From Paramoeba atlantica (lineage: Eukaryota; Protista; Discosea), in assembly GCA_977017575.1 (NCBI GenBank), contig CDRNVI010000023.1:310001-374000 (forward strand): a stretch of DNA of 64,000 nucleotides, read 5' to 3'. Each line of letters starts with the position of its first letter. The first letter of the stretch is position 1. The position numbers and the translations under genes are program-made. The notes under the pieces are model-generated. The model had not been told where the DNA came from and ran no database searches. It was given only the letters and a program-made list of their open reading frames with translations. Below, one piece after another: positions 35,082 through 46,909 of this stretch.

Positions 35082-35716
35082 CAGTGCTCGCAAAAATTAG
35101 TAAAACTTTTATTGTAAAATATATAAAAACGTTTTACTAATTAAAAATTCACTAATTTTTGTTTTACTAATTTTTGCACTGCCCCAAAAAATTTGCCAAC
35201 TTGATAAAATCAATTTTTACAGAAACGGTATTTCTGTCGTTTGAGTAGGTTGTCTCCTCTAAGGTCGGCGTTAGTACCATCTGCAAAATGGTAATGCTAG
35301 GGAAGGCCGCGAGGAGGTCCCGACCATGCTTCCCCATGCTGAGTGTGTCAGTCTTCAGTGAAGCGTATTACAAAGAAAATCCTTACAAAGAATATTCCCC
35401 AAAAAGGGATTGACTTTTACCCCCTCCCATACAATGTCCCTACATGAGCATTTTCTTCAATATGAAAAAAATCTCTTAAATACAAGAGAGAAAAACACCC
35501 AAAGAAAATAATATTAATAAAAATCTTGCTCACAGAAATCTTGCTCGCTTTCGTGCGACATAGTAATCTGAAAACTTTTCGTAAAAAAAATAGCATTCCG
35601 AAAAAAAGAAAAAAAGGTAAGGTGTAAAACCTGAATTTTTCAAAATGTTTTACTAATTAAAAATTTACTAATTTTTGTTTTACGAATTATTGTTACACTA
35701 ATAATTGTGTGCACTG
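35082..35716. mobile_element. Tc1/mariner-type MITE
   Basis: TA|CAGTGCTCGCAAAAATT ... AATAATTGTGTGCACTG|TA, with repeated TTTTACTAATT subterminal motifs. Confidence 0.65.
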
Positions 35717-36071
35717 TAAATCGAAAAAATCATCACAATGGATTAGCTTTCACATTTCAGAGGTATTTTACTTACCCTATTTCATACCCTGGATGTGGTA
35801 ATGTGGTAATTTACAACATGTGTGGTAATAGGTGGTAATTACCACATTTTAATTACCCGATTATCACATTCGAAAGCTACTCGAGATTTGACGCGCATTC
35901 GTCGACGTAACAGCTGCAGGAAGCACAGATGGAGTAACCTTTGCCCATGTTCCAATTATTTTACGCATATCTTTGAAAGCAAGCTCCCGTTCGGTTTGAA
36001 CTAGCACAACTTTTTTATAACTATACTGCATGCTTCAATATAATGAATTCTTGAAAAATACAAACATAATA

Positions 36072-36383
36072 CAGGGGGGAAATTAAGTTGTGTCAGCAAA
36101 AGTCGTGTTAATTTCTGGGATTAACACGACTTTTGTTGACACAACTTTTGTCCCCTCCATCAGTGCCAGAGTGTCATGTAATACCCCTGAAACCGCACTC
36201 TCGATGGTCAAGTGACCTTCGCTCCAAAGGAAAGGAGTGAGTATGCACCCATTTTACCAAAAATAAAGAACCATTCTATTTTTTAACATATTTTTTTTCC
36301 TCACCAGGTTTTCGCATTAACACGACTTTTGTTGACACAACTTTTGTTGCCTAGACTTTGGTTGACATAACTTTTCCCCCCAG
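36072..36383. mobile_element. MITE with an internal 27-bp-arm hairpin
   Basis: Ends CAGGGGGGAAA.. and ..TTTTCCCCCCAG. The hairpin at 36088-36148 has arms matching at 26 of 27 bases, and one arm is repeated near 36316. Confidence 0.6.
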
Positions 36384-37360
36384 TGACTCGACATGTACAA
36401 CCTACTCGCAGAACATCATTGATACGAGCTCAGAAACCTGAAGGGACCACTTAGAACCCGTGGTGTTACAATGAAGATACATGTATAGAAGACAAGCGCT
36501 TTTTTTCAAATGATACATTTCGCCCCTCTAAAGTGGGAGAACTGCTACCCTAGTCGCCCAGTCCAAACGGGATATCCAACCTGAAGTTTCGCGAGTATTT
36601 CGGGATCAGGGACTATTTTTCCTATGCGCCCAACTGAGGAGTCTCACGTAGTTCACGAATCAACTCGCGAGGTTTTTATTCGCCAGAGATTCAATCCAAA
36701 CCTCCCATGCAAGAGGAACATGCGGAAATTTTCGCCGGGTCAGCTATCTGCAATTCCTGCATCGACGCCTAATGGTCATCTTCCCCCAGATCTTGCTTTG
36801 TAAGTCTCCACCTGTAAGTAAAATCATGGTCTGCAGCTTAGGATACAAAAAAGCTCCGAATCAGAATTTCATTTTTCGCTCAAATTAGTACATATAGATA
36901 ATGAGGTAATGAAAAAGTGTTAATTACCACTTTAGCACATATTCTGTAATTACCACATTAGCACATCCAGGGTGTGCTTTAATGTATCTCGAAGACTAGC
37001 ATAAAAGAAGCTTTGCACTTTCTACTCCGAATGTTTCGTATCTTGTCTTTCTTATGGTTTTTGATTTCTATACAACATTTTTCATGTCTCTCATACGCAC
37101 ACTCCTGGCATCAGATACACAATCGACTGTACGTCTAGGTAAGGTTACTGGAGCTTCACTACCAGTGGAATATGATTTAATGCAATTCTTACAAGGCGTA
37201 GAGAATCATCATTCTACCTGGGGTACGAGTACGCCAGCGTGTGAATGGAAACATATCGATTGCGATATATCTGGCAATGTAGTCGATCTGCAGTGGTCGC
37301 ATTTACACCTTCGTGGTGAGCTGAATCTGAAATATTTGCCCGTCATATTGGTGAATCTAC

Positions 37361-38097
37361 AATAAAAATACAGTTTCTGTACCTTGTTGGTACATTTTCC
37401 TAGCTCATCATTTCTCTCCCGGAAACGGGCATATTTTTACTATGTTAATTCCCGTTTCCGGATGGCGCTAGGAGAGGAACTGTCCCTCTTGTCGCAAAGT
37501 AGGGGTGCGCCTCCCTTCCCTCATCTCCCAGCACCCCGCTCGGAACACGGTTCCGAGTCCCCATGCGCTGCAGGACCCTACTACGGGACCACGCGTCGTG
37601 CCTCCACCATCCGGCGACACCGGTACTGCTGCGCGCAGGAGGCTTCCATATACCGGAAGTCTCCTACACGGCGAGCAAACACGTTGTATGCGTGTTCTAG
37701 AGGATGCTCTATGCACCTCTCTTGCTCACCAGCCGTGGCGGATTCTGTGGGACCCCGATGCCCATGATGCATCATGAACCATGACTCCATTTGCCAGCAT
37801 GCATCCATGGCCCTGACCATGTTGTATCATGAACCATGGAAGTTATTTGTAGCATGTACGATGGGAATACCATTCGCGTCCCACAAATCCGTATGTCTTC
37901 CCTGGCAGGACTGCGCTCTCTTCCCGTCTCGGGACATCTTATCCCGATGAAGCCGTTCTTTTCGTTTCCCCAGGAGGATATGCCGTGCTTTTCCCGGTGT
38001 CGTAGAGTGAGGCGACAGGTTCAGCAGGGAGCGCCCTTTGCGTCACCCCTGCTGAGCCCAGTATCTCTACAGGTTTTCGCCCTGTATGAATAAAACC
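37361..38097 (+). mobile_element. SL-RNA-like-headed insertion element, longest copy
   Basis: Begins AATAAAAATACAGTTTCTGTACCTTGTTG|GTAC and has AATAAAA at both ends. 37390-37812 is homologous to the reverse complement of 49017-49447. Confidence 0.75.
37368..37465 (+). ncRNA. Spliced-leader RNA-like sequence (3' part of exon, 5' splice site, hairpin)
   Basis: Core ACAGTTTCTGTAC at 37370-37382 and TTG|GT at 37387-37391, with the canonical 7-nt spacing. A TGTACC/GGTACA stem spans the splice site. No clear Sm site or T-tract. Confidence 0.6.
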
Positions 38098-38739
38098 TTT
38101 CATCGTAATGAATTTTCGGGAAATTTTGATTTTGAAGTACTGCCTCCAAGATTAGAAATAATTTCTTTATCTGGCAACCAATTTACGGGCACCCCAAACC
38201 TCTGTAATCTGCCCATGCTAGAATACGCCTCCATCAGTCACAACGAATTTCAAGGTTATATGAACTTTTATTCGCTCCCGCTAACCTTGACCCATTTGTT
38301 TTTGAAATTTAACAGTAAATTGGAAGGTTACTTGAACGTAGGTGGTGTACTGAAGAATTTGTATTACAATGTTGGGGGGACGCGGATTAAAGTGAGTAAT
38401 GGGAGACTAAAACAAGTAATGAGATCATACAAATAAATATGTTTTACTTAGGTAAGTCTTTAGTGGCAGAAATGGTCCTGATTTATTTTAAGATAGTAGA
38501 CTAGCTTACTGGCAACTTCTTTCCTTTTTCGGTCAAACTAAAGCAAATTCGGCCCTTTTGTTCAATTATTGTTAAATATTCTCACCGCTAAATACCGTCC
38601 GATCCATAATTGAGGAATAACTTTAAATAGTGCGCAAGATTTTAAGAGATTAAGTATTGCACTAATTGAATGCGAAAGACATTATAGCTATGTGAAAGAT
38701 ATAATGTGAAAGACAATGTACATCTCAATGTACATCTTA

Positions 38740-39234
38740 ATGCACACTGATAATGTATATAGGCACACTGATAATGCATAAAACTCGCACACTGATAATA
38801 CATAATGCACATTGATAATGCATAATTGACACTGATAGTGCATGAAGACTATATTCATACAAAGACTGTTTTTTCTGATAATTTTTGCTGCATTTTAGTA
38901 TGAGTGAACCGCGTGTACGGTGGAATTGTTGGGCTTCGCAAATTGCTTCCCACTAACGTCAGACGTTTTTGTCCTGCAGACGGGTAAACAAGGTCTTATC
39001 ATCATTACGGGTTGGGTATGGTGGAATTGATGGGCCTCGCAAATTGCTTCCCACTAACTTCAGACGTTTTTCTATTGCAGACGGGGAAACAAGGTCTTGG
39101 CTTTACTACGGGTTGGGTATGGTGAAATTGTTGGGCTTACCTTTGAAGGGCTTACCCAAAATATGCATTATCAGTGTGCGAGTTTTATGCATTATCAGTG
39201 CGCGAGTTTTATGCATTATCAGTGTGCGAGTTTT
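38740..39234. repeat. Inverted arrays of a 24-bp motif framing a tandem repeat of about 101 bp
   Basis: ATGCATTATCAGTG(T/C)GCGAGTTTT x3 at 39163-39234, with degenerate reverse-complement copies at 38740-38845. The 101-bp unit occurs about 2.2 times at 38919-39138. Confidence 0.8.
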
Positions 39235-40153
39235 TATCCCCGCCCCCCTGGACCCCGCCCTGGACCCCCTGGTTCCCCGAGTCCAAAATACATCGGGGGT
39301 CATTTTTCTAAAACACATCATTTGTTCTCCCTTTTTTATGCTTTGTTACATGTATAATATTTTCTTTCGCGTTTTAGCTTGTTTTCTTTGTGTTTGATAG
39401 ATCTCGTTCCTTTATTCCTTTTTTTTATGGAGAAATCTTTGCCACAACCCGCTCGACCACCACCCAGTGTCCAACCGGCAGGCTTTTCTTGATCGAGTAA
39501 GCTGGCCACCTTCCAGTGGTAAGATGAATGATTATTTCCACTCACGCACCTCCCCCCAACCTGGACCCGGCTTCGCCCTCCCCTATACCTTCCATATGTA
39601 ATATCCTTCGGTATGTGTTTATATCCCCCTGGAGTCCCCTAGACCCCCCACCCGGATTCTCCAGCGAACTCCATAGCCGAAAAAACGACAAGTACCTTTG
39701 CCATTGGTGTCTCCTGGGACCTGACTGGGTTTGCATTTTACTGGTTTCAGCCCTCTTATGAATCGGACGGTAGGGGAAATGTGGTAGTTGTAGGGTGGTG
39801 TATATGGAGGCCTTCACGCAACTCGTGGGCCTCACCAGTAGTACAAGTGAGGTTACCTATTTTTTATGTTAACTATTCTGCAAAAACGTAAAAATTTTAG
39901 GGGTTGAATTTTTTTAGCGATCCAGTTTTTTTCAAAAAACCAAACAATGTGCAATCTTCGCTGAATTCCACCTTATTTTATAATAACACTCAATGGGTTA
40001 AGGTGTTAAATGAGATCATGTTATTTTTCACGTGAGAACATGTGAACTCTTCCTCATAGTTTGTCACCGCAAATAATGTATCCGCATATTTCCTCCTAGG
40101 GACGATAATATTGTGTTGCTTTTTGCTTCATAATTACTACTATAGTAACATTG

Positions 40154-41701
40154 ATGGAATCGCATTCTGCATCACAAAGCTTTTCTCCGGAGCCGTGCGA
40201 GCCGCCGCCTTCCCGCACGTTACATCCCAACCCACCTGTCTTCTCCCCTGAACTCGAAACAAACCATCCAAACGCAGCTCACGAAGGGTTTCCCAATTCT
40301 GATAATCCTTCCGGTCACGTCTCTTCCGAGGAGACCAGCCATTCCGAACCATTTCTTGTGGACCCTGTCCCCACAGAACACTCCTCACAAAACCGAGCCT
40401 CTCACTCAACTCCCACGTTCGAAAATCATCCACCCCCTCCTGAACCTCCTTTCCATGATTCTTTTTTCGACCCCCCGCACCCTCCTCAAGATACGAAAAA
40501 GAGCGAACAGCCCTCCCCCCTTTCTACCCGAGAGTTTCCTCCCCGACGTCTTCGCTCCTTATTCTCCTCTTCCTCCTCCTCTCAACCCCTCAAACGGTTG
40601 GCTTCCCTTTCCCACCCTCTCCGCCGACCCCTCCCCACCTCCTCTCATCATGGATCACATTACCCCACACGTACTCGGGTGGCCTTGCAGCCTTCTGCTC
40701 CTGCCCCTGCTCCTTCACGAGAGTCTTCTGCTGCTGCTGCTTCCTTATCCGACCCTGCTGCTTCTTTTTCTTCTTCTTCTTTTTCTTTTTCTAATCCCAC
40801 TACAAATTCTTTATTCTCTCCACAACAACAACAACAACAACATGACCAACAACAAAAGAATACCAAACAACAGCAACACGATTTCTTCTTTTCTGAAATC
40901 CGTGACGCCCTTCGTCGTCTCGACAACGCCTCCGAGAGCTGTTCCCAGGACCTGGCCTCGATCCACACCCAGTTCGAGGGGGTGCTGGTCCACCAGGAGC
41001 AGCTCACGGGGCGGATGGCAGAGAACACCCAGCACGTGCGGTACATCCTCACACGGCTGTCCGCGCTGCAGCAGTCCCAGAACCGGCTGAAGGGGAAAGG
41101 GGGGCTGCTGCGGGGGGTGCTGGGCTACGCCTACTCCCCGTTGGTGTTTTGGTTTAAAGGGGTGTGGCTGGTGGTGCATTTCGTGCTCGGCACCCTGAGG
41201 GGGTTGTGGTTGTGGCAAAGGGGGGTGAGAGCGCTCACGGGAGGGGGCGGGGGGAGCAAGGAAAGAGGGAAAAGGCAAGGGAAGGGGGAAGAGGGGGTGG
41301 TGCGCCATTTTTGGACACACCCGTGGTGGAGCCTTTGGCGGCGTTCGGGGAGTAATCGGACTTCGGAGTCGGGAAAAGGGGGTGGGGAGATCGGCACGGC
41401 GGTGGGAAAAGAAGGCTCGGGTTTCCAGGTTTCGGATCCTAGAGTTTCGTTGCCGAGCGTATTGGAAGGCGAGAGCGCAGAAGGAGGTCGCGAAGGAAAC
41501 TCTTCAACGCCCTTGTTGAGAAATGTAGAAGAGCGCGTTTCGGATGAGACCGCCCCACTTAATCTTAAAGTATCAGAGGCGGAGAATAGTGAATTTCGAC
41601 CCTTACCCCGTCGTTTGAGCACTCACTCGCTAAGCACTCGCACAGATTCCGATGCTCATTCTCTTTTATATCGGTTGAAAGGGGTTCCTTTGGAGTCCTG
41701 A
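40154..41701 (+). CDS. Hypothetical protein (Pro/Ser-rich N-terminus, coiled coil, hydrophobic segment)
   Basis: 515-aa ORF with coiled-coil-like IRDALRRLDNASESCSQDLASI and hydrophobic LVFWFKGVWLVVHFVLGTL. Confidence 0.75.
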   Translation: MESHSASQSFSPEPCEPPPSRTLHPNPPVFSPELETNHPNAAHEGFPNSDNPSGHVSSEETSHSEPFLVDPVPTEHSSQNRASHSTPTFENHPPPPEPPFHDSFFDPPHPPQDTKKSEQPSPLSTREFPPRRLRSLFSSSSSSQPLKRLASLSHPLRRPLPTSSHHGSHYPTRTRVALQPSAPAPAPSRESSAAAASLSDPAASFSSSSFSFSNPTTNSLFSPQQQQQQHDQQQKNTKQQQHDFFFSEIRDALRRLDNASESCSQDLASIHTQFEGVLVHQEQLTGRMAENTQHVRYILTRLSALQQSQNRLKGKGGLLRGVLGYAYSPLVFWFKGVWLVVHFVLGTLRGLWLWQRGVRALTGGGGGSKERGKRQGKGEEGVVRHFWTHPWWSLWRRSGSNRTSESGKGGGEIGTAVGKEGSGFQVSDPRVSLPSVLEGESAEGGREGNSSTPLLRNVEERVSDETAPLNLKVSEAENSEFRPLPRRLSTHSLSTRTDSDAHSLLYRLKGVPLES

Positions 41702-42576
41702 AGATAGGATGCAAAGAACGAAAATTAGCTGTTTTTCCAAACACATTGAGTATTTGCACTCATAGTAGTCCTGTAACGTCGCTGTGGTAGCTGTTTCGTA
41801 AAACATGGTGGTTGTTCGGGTTCGCGAATTGCTTCCCATGAGCGTTACGTCGGATATGGATCCGGGTATTCAACTTGTTAAAATGTTCAAACAGATCGTT
41901 TGTCGCCGAAGCAATGTGGTCTTATCCCTCTCTGGCACCGAAGCCTGTACCAGCGGGACGTAGGCGCCCGTGCAGATGACAAGTCGTTCACACGGAAAAC
42001 ACCTCGAAAGGTTCCAAAGGGAGTGCTTTCCGCTGTGTGGGTCAGCTATGAAAATGTTGTGTTGGCGCCGGATGGCCCAGTCAGCAAATTGTTTAGGTCT
42101 GCGTTTTGGGTTTTTCCGCCGGCCCGCCGTAAGAAGACACCGGTTTTTCTCTTAGCACACGCCGAGTCAGGACGGTGTATTCCTGGCCTGTAGTAAAACC
42201 TCATAAGGTGGCCGAAAACGGCTGGATGATTAAATGATGTGTGATTAAATGATGTGTCGCGAAGCGTGTGTGTCGCGCGAATTCTCTTGTAACTGCAATA
42301 GAGTTGCAGGCGTTCCCGTAGTCGAGCCCTGGCCGTCCACGTAGTATTGGCCCACATCTCCTACTTCTATTTAACTCTCCTGCTGCTATTCTTTCTTCTG
42401 GTGTTATTTGATTGAGATATCTCCACATATCTCCGGCTATCTGCAGCTATTCTCCATTGTAAGGGGCAGAATGAAGTAGGGACTTAGTTTCGGTTTGCGG
42501 AGATAGGATCTTTCATGTTTGTATACCGTAATAGTTCACTTAAAAAATAGTTCTAAATGCCTGTTCAATCATTTTC

Positions 42577-43347
42577 ATGATTCTCTTGACCACTTCTCAC
42601 GACGTTTCGGCTAAGAGACGTAAAATCAGTGCCATCGACCCATCTACGCCGGAATCTGATTGCAGAATCTCAGTAGCACGTACTGGAAAGATAAATCAGG
42701 CTATGCTACCGGAAGAATATAAGCTCGCACGACTAGTCGAAGAGCTTGAAAACTTGGACTCATCCTGGATCACCGATACGCCCGCGTGTGAGTGGTTCGG
42801 TGTAAAGTGTAACGAGCGCAGTCACATTACTGAAATTCATTGGGACGAGAAGCACTTATCCGGAGAATTATTTATTCATCATTTTCCAGAAACTCTGTTC
42901 CTCTTTAGTGCACGAAATAATAATATGACGGGACGCGCCTTACTGGGTGATCTTCCTCCAATTCATGAGACTTTTATTATTACAAAGAATCATTTTCATG
43001 GAGAACTAGACTTAACTGTTCTTCCGCAAAGTATGAAGGTTCTCCGACTGAGCTGTAATGATTTCGCTGGAGAAGTCTGTCTCACAAGTCTTCCTCCGCG
43101 ATTGGAAAAGCTCTTCCTTTCGCGCAATCGTCTGTGCGGAACTCCCAACCTTACAGCCCTTCCCCCATTGTTGCTTCACTTGGGATTAAGCAGCAACGCA
43201 TTTTCTGGTACTGCTGATCTAAGTCAGTTGCCTCGATCTCTTAGAGAAGTCAGCTTGTCAAATAACCCGGATTTACTATGTCGTATGAAGTACGTAGATG
43301 AGCTACAAAACGCAGGGAGTTTTGCTTTTACGTACAGAAATCAATAA
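42577..43347 (+). CDS. Leucine-rich repeat protein (LRR-7)
   Basis: SAKRRKIS, TGKINQAMLPEEYKL, TPACEWFGVKC cap and regular LRR units. Confidence 0.9.
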   Translation: MILLTTSHDVSAKRRKISAIDPSTPESDCRISVARTGKINQAMLPEEYKLARLVEELENLDSSWITDTPACEWFGVKCNERSHITEIHWDEKHLSGELFIHHFPETLFLFSARNNNMTGRALLGDLPPIHETFIITKNHFHGELDLTVLPQSMKVLRLSCNDFAGEVCLTSLPPRLEKLFLSRNRLCGTPNLTALPPLLLHLGLSSNAFSGTADLSQLPRSLREVSLSNNPDLLCRMKYVDELQNAGSFAFTYRNQ

Positions 43348-43677
43348 ATTTTGTTGAAATTTTATCCTTCCGAAAAGCACTGACATATGCAATTTCCTAA
43401 TACGTGTGCATGATTATTATTCCAGAAAACAAGTTCACATTACTATTACAATTTAGTCACATTACATTATATGTAGTCTAGAAAATAATAGACAACAAAG
43501 AGTTCTTAACACAAAAAAAATCGTACTTATAGGTAATGGACTACTTATGCGCTATTCAGAGCAAACGCTGTGCCACGCGTGCTTCTATTGTGTGGCAAAA
43601 TAATATTATAAACTTTATAAGCTCTAAATTGATTTTTTTCTTCTGGTTTTACGTGTGTGTTCTTCCGTAGGTTCGTA

Positions 43678-44300
43678 TCATTGATTTTCCTTATCGATTA
43701 AAAAAGGACATGGAATTGCAGCTTGCAGTTCCTTACGGTTTGTGGGACGGAGAGTAAATTTGATGTGGTGGTCCATCATGCTCCACAAATTTTCGATTAG
43801 TAAATTTAAATCCAGGGACTTGGTAGGCCAATCCGGAATGCTAATACCCATGTCTGCCGACACGGCGAGTATGATTATGGCCCGTAGCGTTGTCCATGAT
43901 CACTGTAGTCGCTGGTTTACGCTTTAACCAGTTATAGAAACCATTTCGTTTTGTCATGACAGAGAGAAAGTTTTCATTAGTTACCGTCTCGTTCTCTGCA
44001 AACTCATGAAAGCAGTGAACCTTGGGAACCCCCCTTTCAAGGCTCACCGCCATCGAAATATGAACCCCCTTTTCCCCACAATATTTCTCAAAATCTTTTT
44101 GTGCCTCAAGGGGTTTATCTGACCTTTTGCAAATGTACCAAATGTTGCGTGCGTGGTACCCGCATTTAAAAAAAAAATCATCCGTCCACAGAATACGGGC
44201 GTATTAAAAAAGGGTGGGCCTCTCCAAACGATTTACCAACTACAGGCGGTTGAATTTGTGCTGAGGCGTAAGGTGAGGAACTTTTTCACATATTAAAGAG
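43678..44300 (-). pseudogene. Degenerate Tc1/IS630 transposase
   Basis: KVPHLTPQHKFNRL...ILWTD, then IMDNATGH and WPTKSLDLNLLIENLW across frameshifts. Confidence 0.75.
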
Positions 44301-44739
44301 AGCATGGGTACTTGGTTTGATCGATTTGGCGGTGAACCCACCTCCAAGATGGACAGCCAATGGGACTACGTTGATTTTCTTCATCTACAATAGATCCTAA
44401 CATTATTCGAAACTCCACCTTATCAATTGCATTTTTACCTATATATTTTATACCTACGTCCTAACCCTCCTGTCTCCCGGTGGCGTTTAACCCATCCAGA
44501 GACAGTAGATTCACTGCATTTCATAAGAGCAGAAGTGTCTGTAATTTAACGTCCCTGGTTTTGGACGTCATTGACGCAAATTACACGTGTTTCATAAGTG
44601 ATTTGTTGCACCGAGAGGGTGCATAGTTTGATGCAATAAAATCCGAAAAAAGGATAAAAATCTAACTTTAGAAGAATAAAAATCTGAAGAGAGTGCTATT
44701 ATAAACCGTTTCTGTAATTCCATGTTCTGACTTTTTTTG

Positions 44740-44872
44740 TGACAGACCCCCTCCCTAGTTATCTGTCGCACACTGATCCGCCTAGTTATCTGTCGCACCC
44801 CTACACCCCCCCCTAGTTATCTGTCACCTTTTCGCGAAAAGTAGTGACAGATAAGTAGGGGGGGGTACAGTA
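44740..44872. repeat. MITE end with CTAGTTATCTGTC repeats and a terminal hairpin
   Basis: Three direct copies and one inverted copy, ending in GGGGGTACAG|TA. Confidence 0.55.
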
Positions 44873-45122
44873 CTATCCTAGTACGGATAGTACGGTAGTT
44901 AGTGCGTACTAGTACGAAAATAAAGGTCCGTACTAGATTTAGTACATCGTACCGTAGGCTCGGAAAGTGAAATTTCGAGAAAGTGTGTTAATAGGCGTAC
45001 ATTTCACGTAGTATCACGTTTGGGTTGCATATTTCGATTTTTTGACCTAAACTATGAAATATTGATATGCAGACTCAGCAAGGGTTGGGAGTGCCTTGGT
45101 CATGGGCGGAAAGAATAATGAT

Positions 45123-45515
45123 TACTGCCCCCCCTTTATACTTCAGGGGGGGTGAACCCCCCCCTTTATATGTACCGTTTTCATTCAGATAAAAAATCAG
45201 CACCCCCCCTTTATACTTCCGGTCAAAAAACTACAGAGCGCGTGGTATGTACAGAGCAGCAATCCAAGAGAAGAATCAAGGCAGGTTTTGTTCAGTTTGT
45301 AAAATATGTCCCCCCACATGGCTTTTATACAAATGCCCACAGCGTTCATAAAGATATATCCCCAACCGAGTGAAAAAAATACTATAATCATGGTTTTGAA
45401 AACAATACGCCGCGAAGCGGCGCTCTTTCTTTTGAGGGGAGGAGATTTTTTACCCCCCCTATTTAGTGTTGAATTTTTCCGAATTTCACTCAAAACTAAA
45501 TAGGGGGGGGCAGTA
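45123..45515. mobile_element. MITE of the CCCCCTTTATACTTC family
   Basis: TA|CTGCCCCCCC ... GGGGGGGCAG|TA. The left part matches the reverse complement of 53935-54034. Confidence 0.75.
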
Positions 45516-45662
45516 ATTATGAATCCAAAAGTTCTATATTTTATAATTTAACTTTCCCTATTTACCTATTTAACCTTATTTACCCACTTATTTACCCACT
45601 TAGAAAGAGGGAAAGAGGGAAGAAAGAGGAAGAAAGGGGAAGACCTTTTACCCCCCCCCCTA

Positions 45663-46852
45663 CAGGTCTTGTATTTTGTCCGATTTTGGAAATATTTGGT
45701 ATAACACCGTTTTTCGACCCAATCGTTCCGAATCCGAGATCCTTTTCACTCGAGCGACCCCCTACCCCCCCTAGCCAGGTAGGGGTCAAAAAAGCTAATT
45801 GCGACTTTTTTCGGGGCATTTTTCCGAATTTTTCGGATGAATGTCAGTAGTAAAGTAGGTCAGAAGACATGGAAAAAGAGTACAAAGTAATCTCTAGCAT
45901 TTAGTCATATGCCCTTTGGCCTCCTTGACCAAAAGTAAAGTTTACGATAGTTCCGGAAGATATTCAGAAGCACCCTGTTCTCCCTCAAAGATGAAGAAGA
46001 ACAGACCGTAGTTATAGGAATACCCCATCCACACCATTATCCCCCTCCCCCCAAAATGTTTTCCCCGCCAGTCCGATTGCCTCAGACGAGGTGCTCGCTT
46101 GCGACCGACGTAAAAGTCGGCATTTGACCCCGCACAGCAACTGAACAGTTTTTCGTAGGTAAAAACAGTGTTCAGGCAGTCAGCGTCACTCCACTTAAAC
46201 ATGTCCTTCACATACTTAAGACGGAGTTGAATGTGACGCGGTTTGAGACCAAGGTCTTTGGCCTTGCGAAGGCGCCGATAATCCTTAAAATTAACAGCTC
46301 GCCGGACACTACTCAGGGAGCCTCCGTGATTGCTTCGCACCTCGCGATGCACGACAGAGAACGTAGGACAACCCTCCACGGTATCCGACACTCTCCAGCA
46401 CGCAGAAACACATGCTTCAACGTACCTTTGTGTAAGGACCGTACGCACCCCCTCGCGAGGTGGAGTACTGACATGCCCGTGCTCCTCATACTTCCGCACC
46501 CAATACTTTACAGTCCTGGGGGCAAGTTTATGGAGTTTTGCGACTGCCTTATAGGACTTAAGTCGCTCGTCATCGATTACGAGTGCCGTGCGCATCTCGG
46601 GGCGCACGCGGGAGGAAGGTAAACACAGGGGGCGGTGCCTCTTCGTCATGAATAAATTCGTCACCAATAAATGTACCAATTTTGAAAAACAAATGTACTC
46701 TGTGAAAACAAAATCGACTTTTTTGCAGTTCTTTTTCGGTTTAGGTATGATACAGGTGTCCATGAGTGAAAAGGACCTCGGATTCGGAACGATTGGGTCG
46801 AAAAACAGTCCCATACAAAATATTTCCAAAATCAGACAAAATACAAGACCTG
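45663..46852 (-). mobile_element. Tc1-like element with long TIRs and a 3'-deleted transposase (ATG 46649 to 45942)
   Basis: TA|CAGGTCTTGTATTTTGTC.. TIRs of about 90 bp with TA on both sides. The ORF has HTH-like VKYWVRKYEEHG, RLKYVKD..W, VFTYEKLF (FSDEK-like) and IMVWMG. Confidence 0.85.
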
Positions 46853-46909
46853 TAGGGGGGCGGGGGGGGGGGGGGGGGGGGGGGTAAAAGAGGCTGAACA
46901 CTACTGTAC

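Larger units (their letters stand above)
37054..38436 (+). pseudogene. LRR protein (LRR-6) interrupted by an insertion of about 735 bp
   Basis: The 5' half (37054-37362) and 3' half (38098-38436) are collinear with LRR-4 and in the same frame. A TAA lies at the left junction. Confidence 0.85.

Noticed and set aside
37361-38097. Insertion as an ordinary cis-spliced intron of LRR-6
   Set aside because: The boundaries are not GT-AG, and splicing the internal GT to AG leaves the TAA at 37363 in the message.
38740-39234. CRISPR-like array
   Set aside because: The repeats are contiguous tandem units without unique equal-length spacers, and no cas genes are present.
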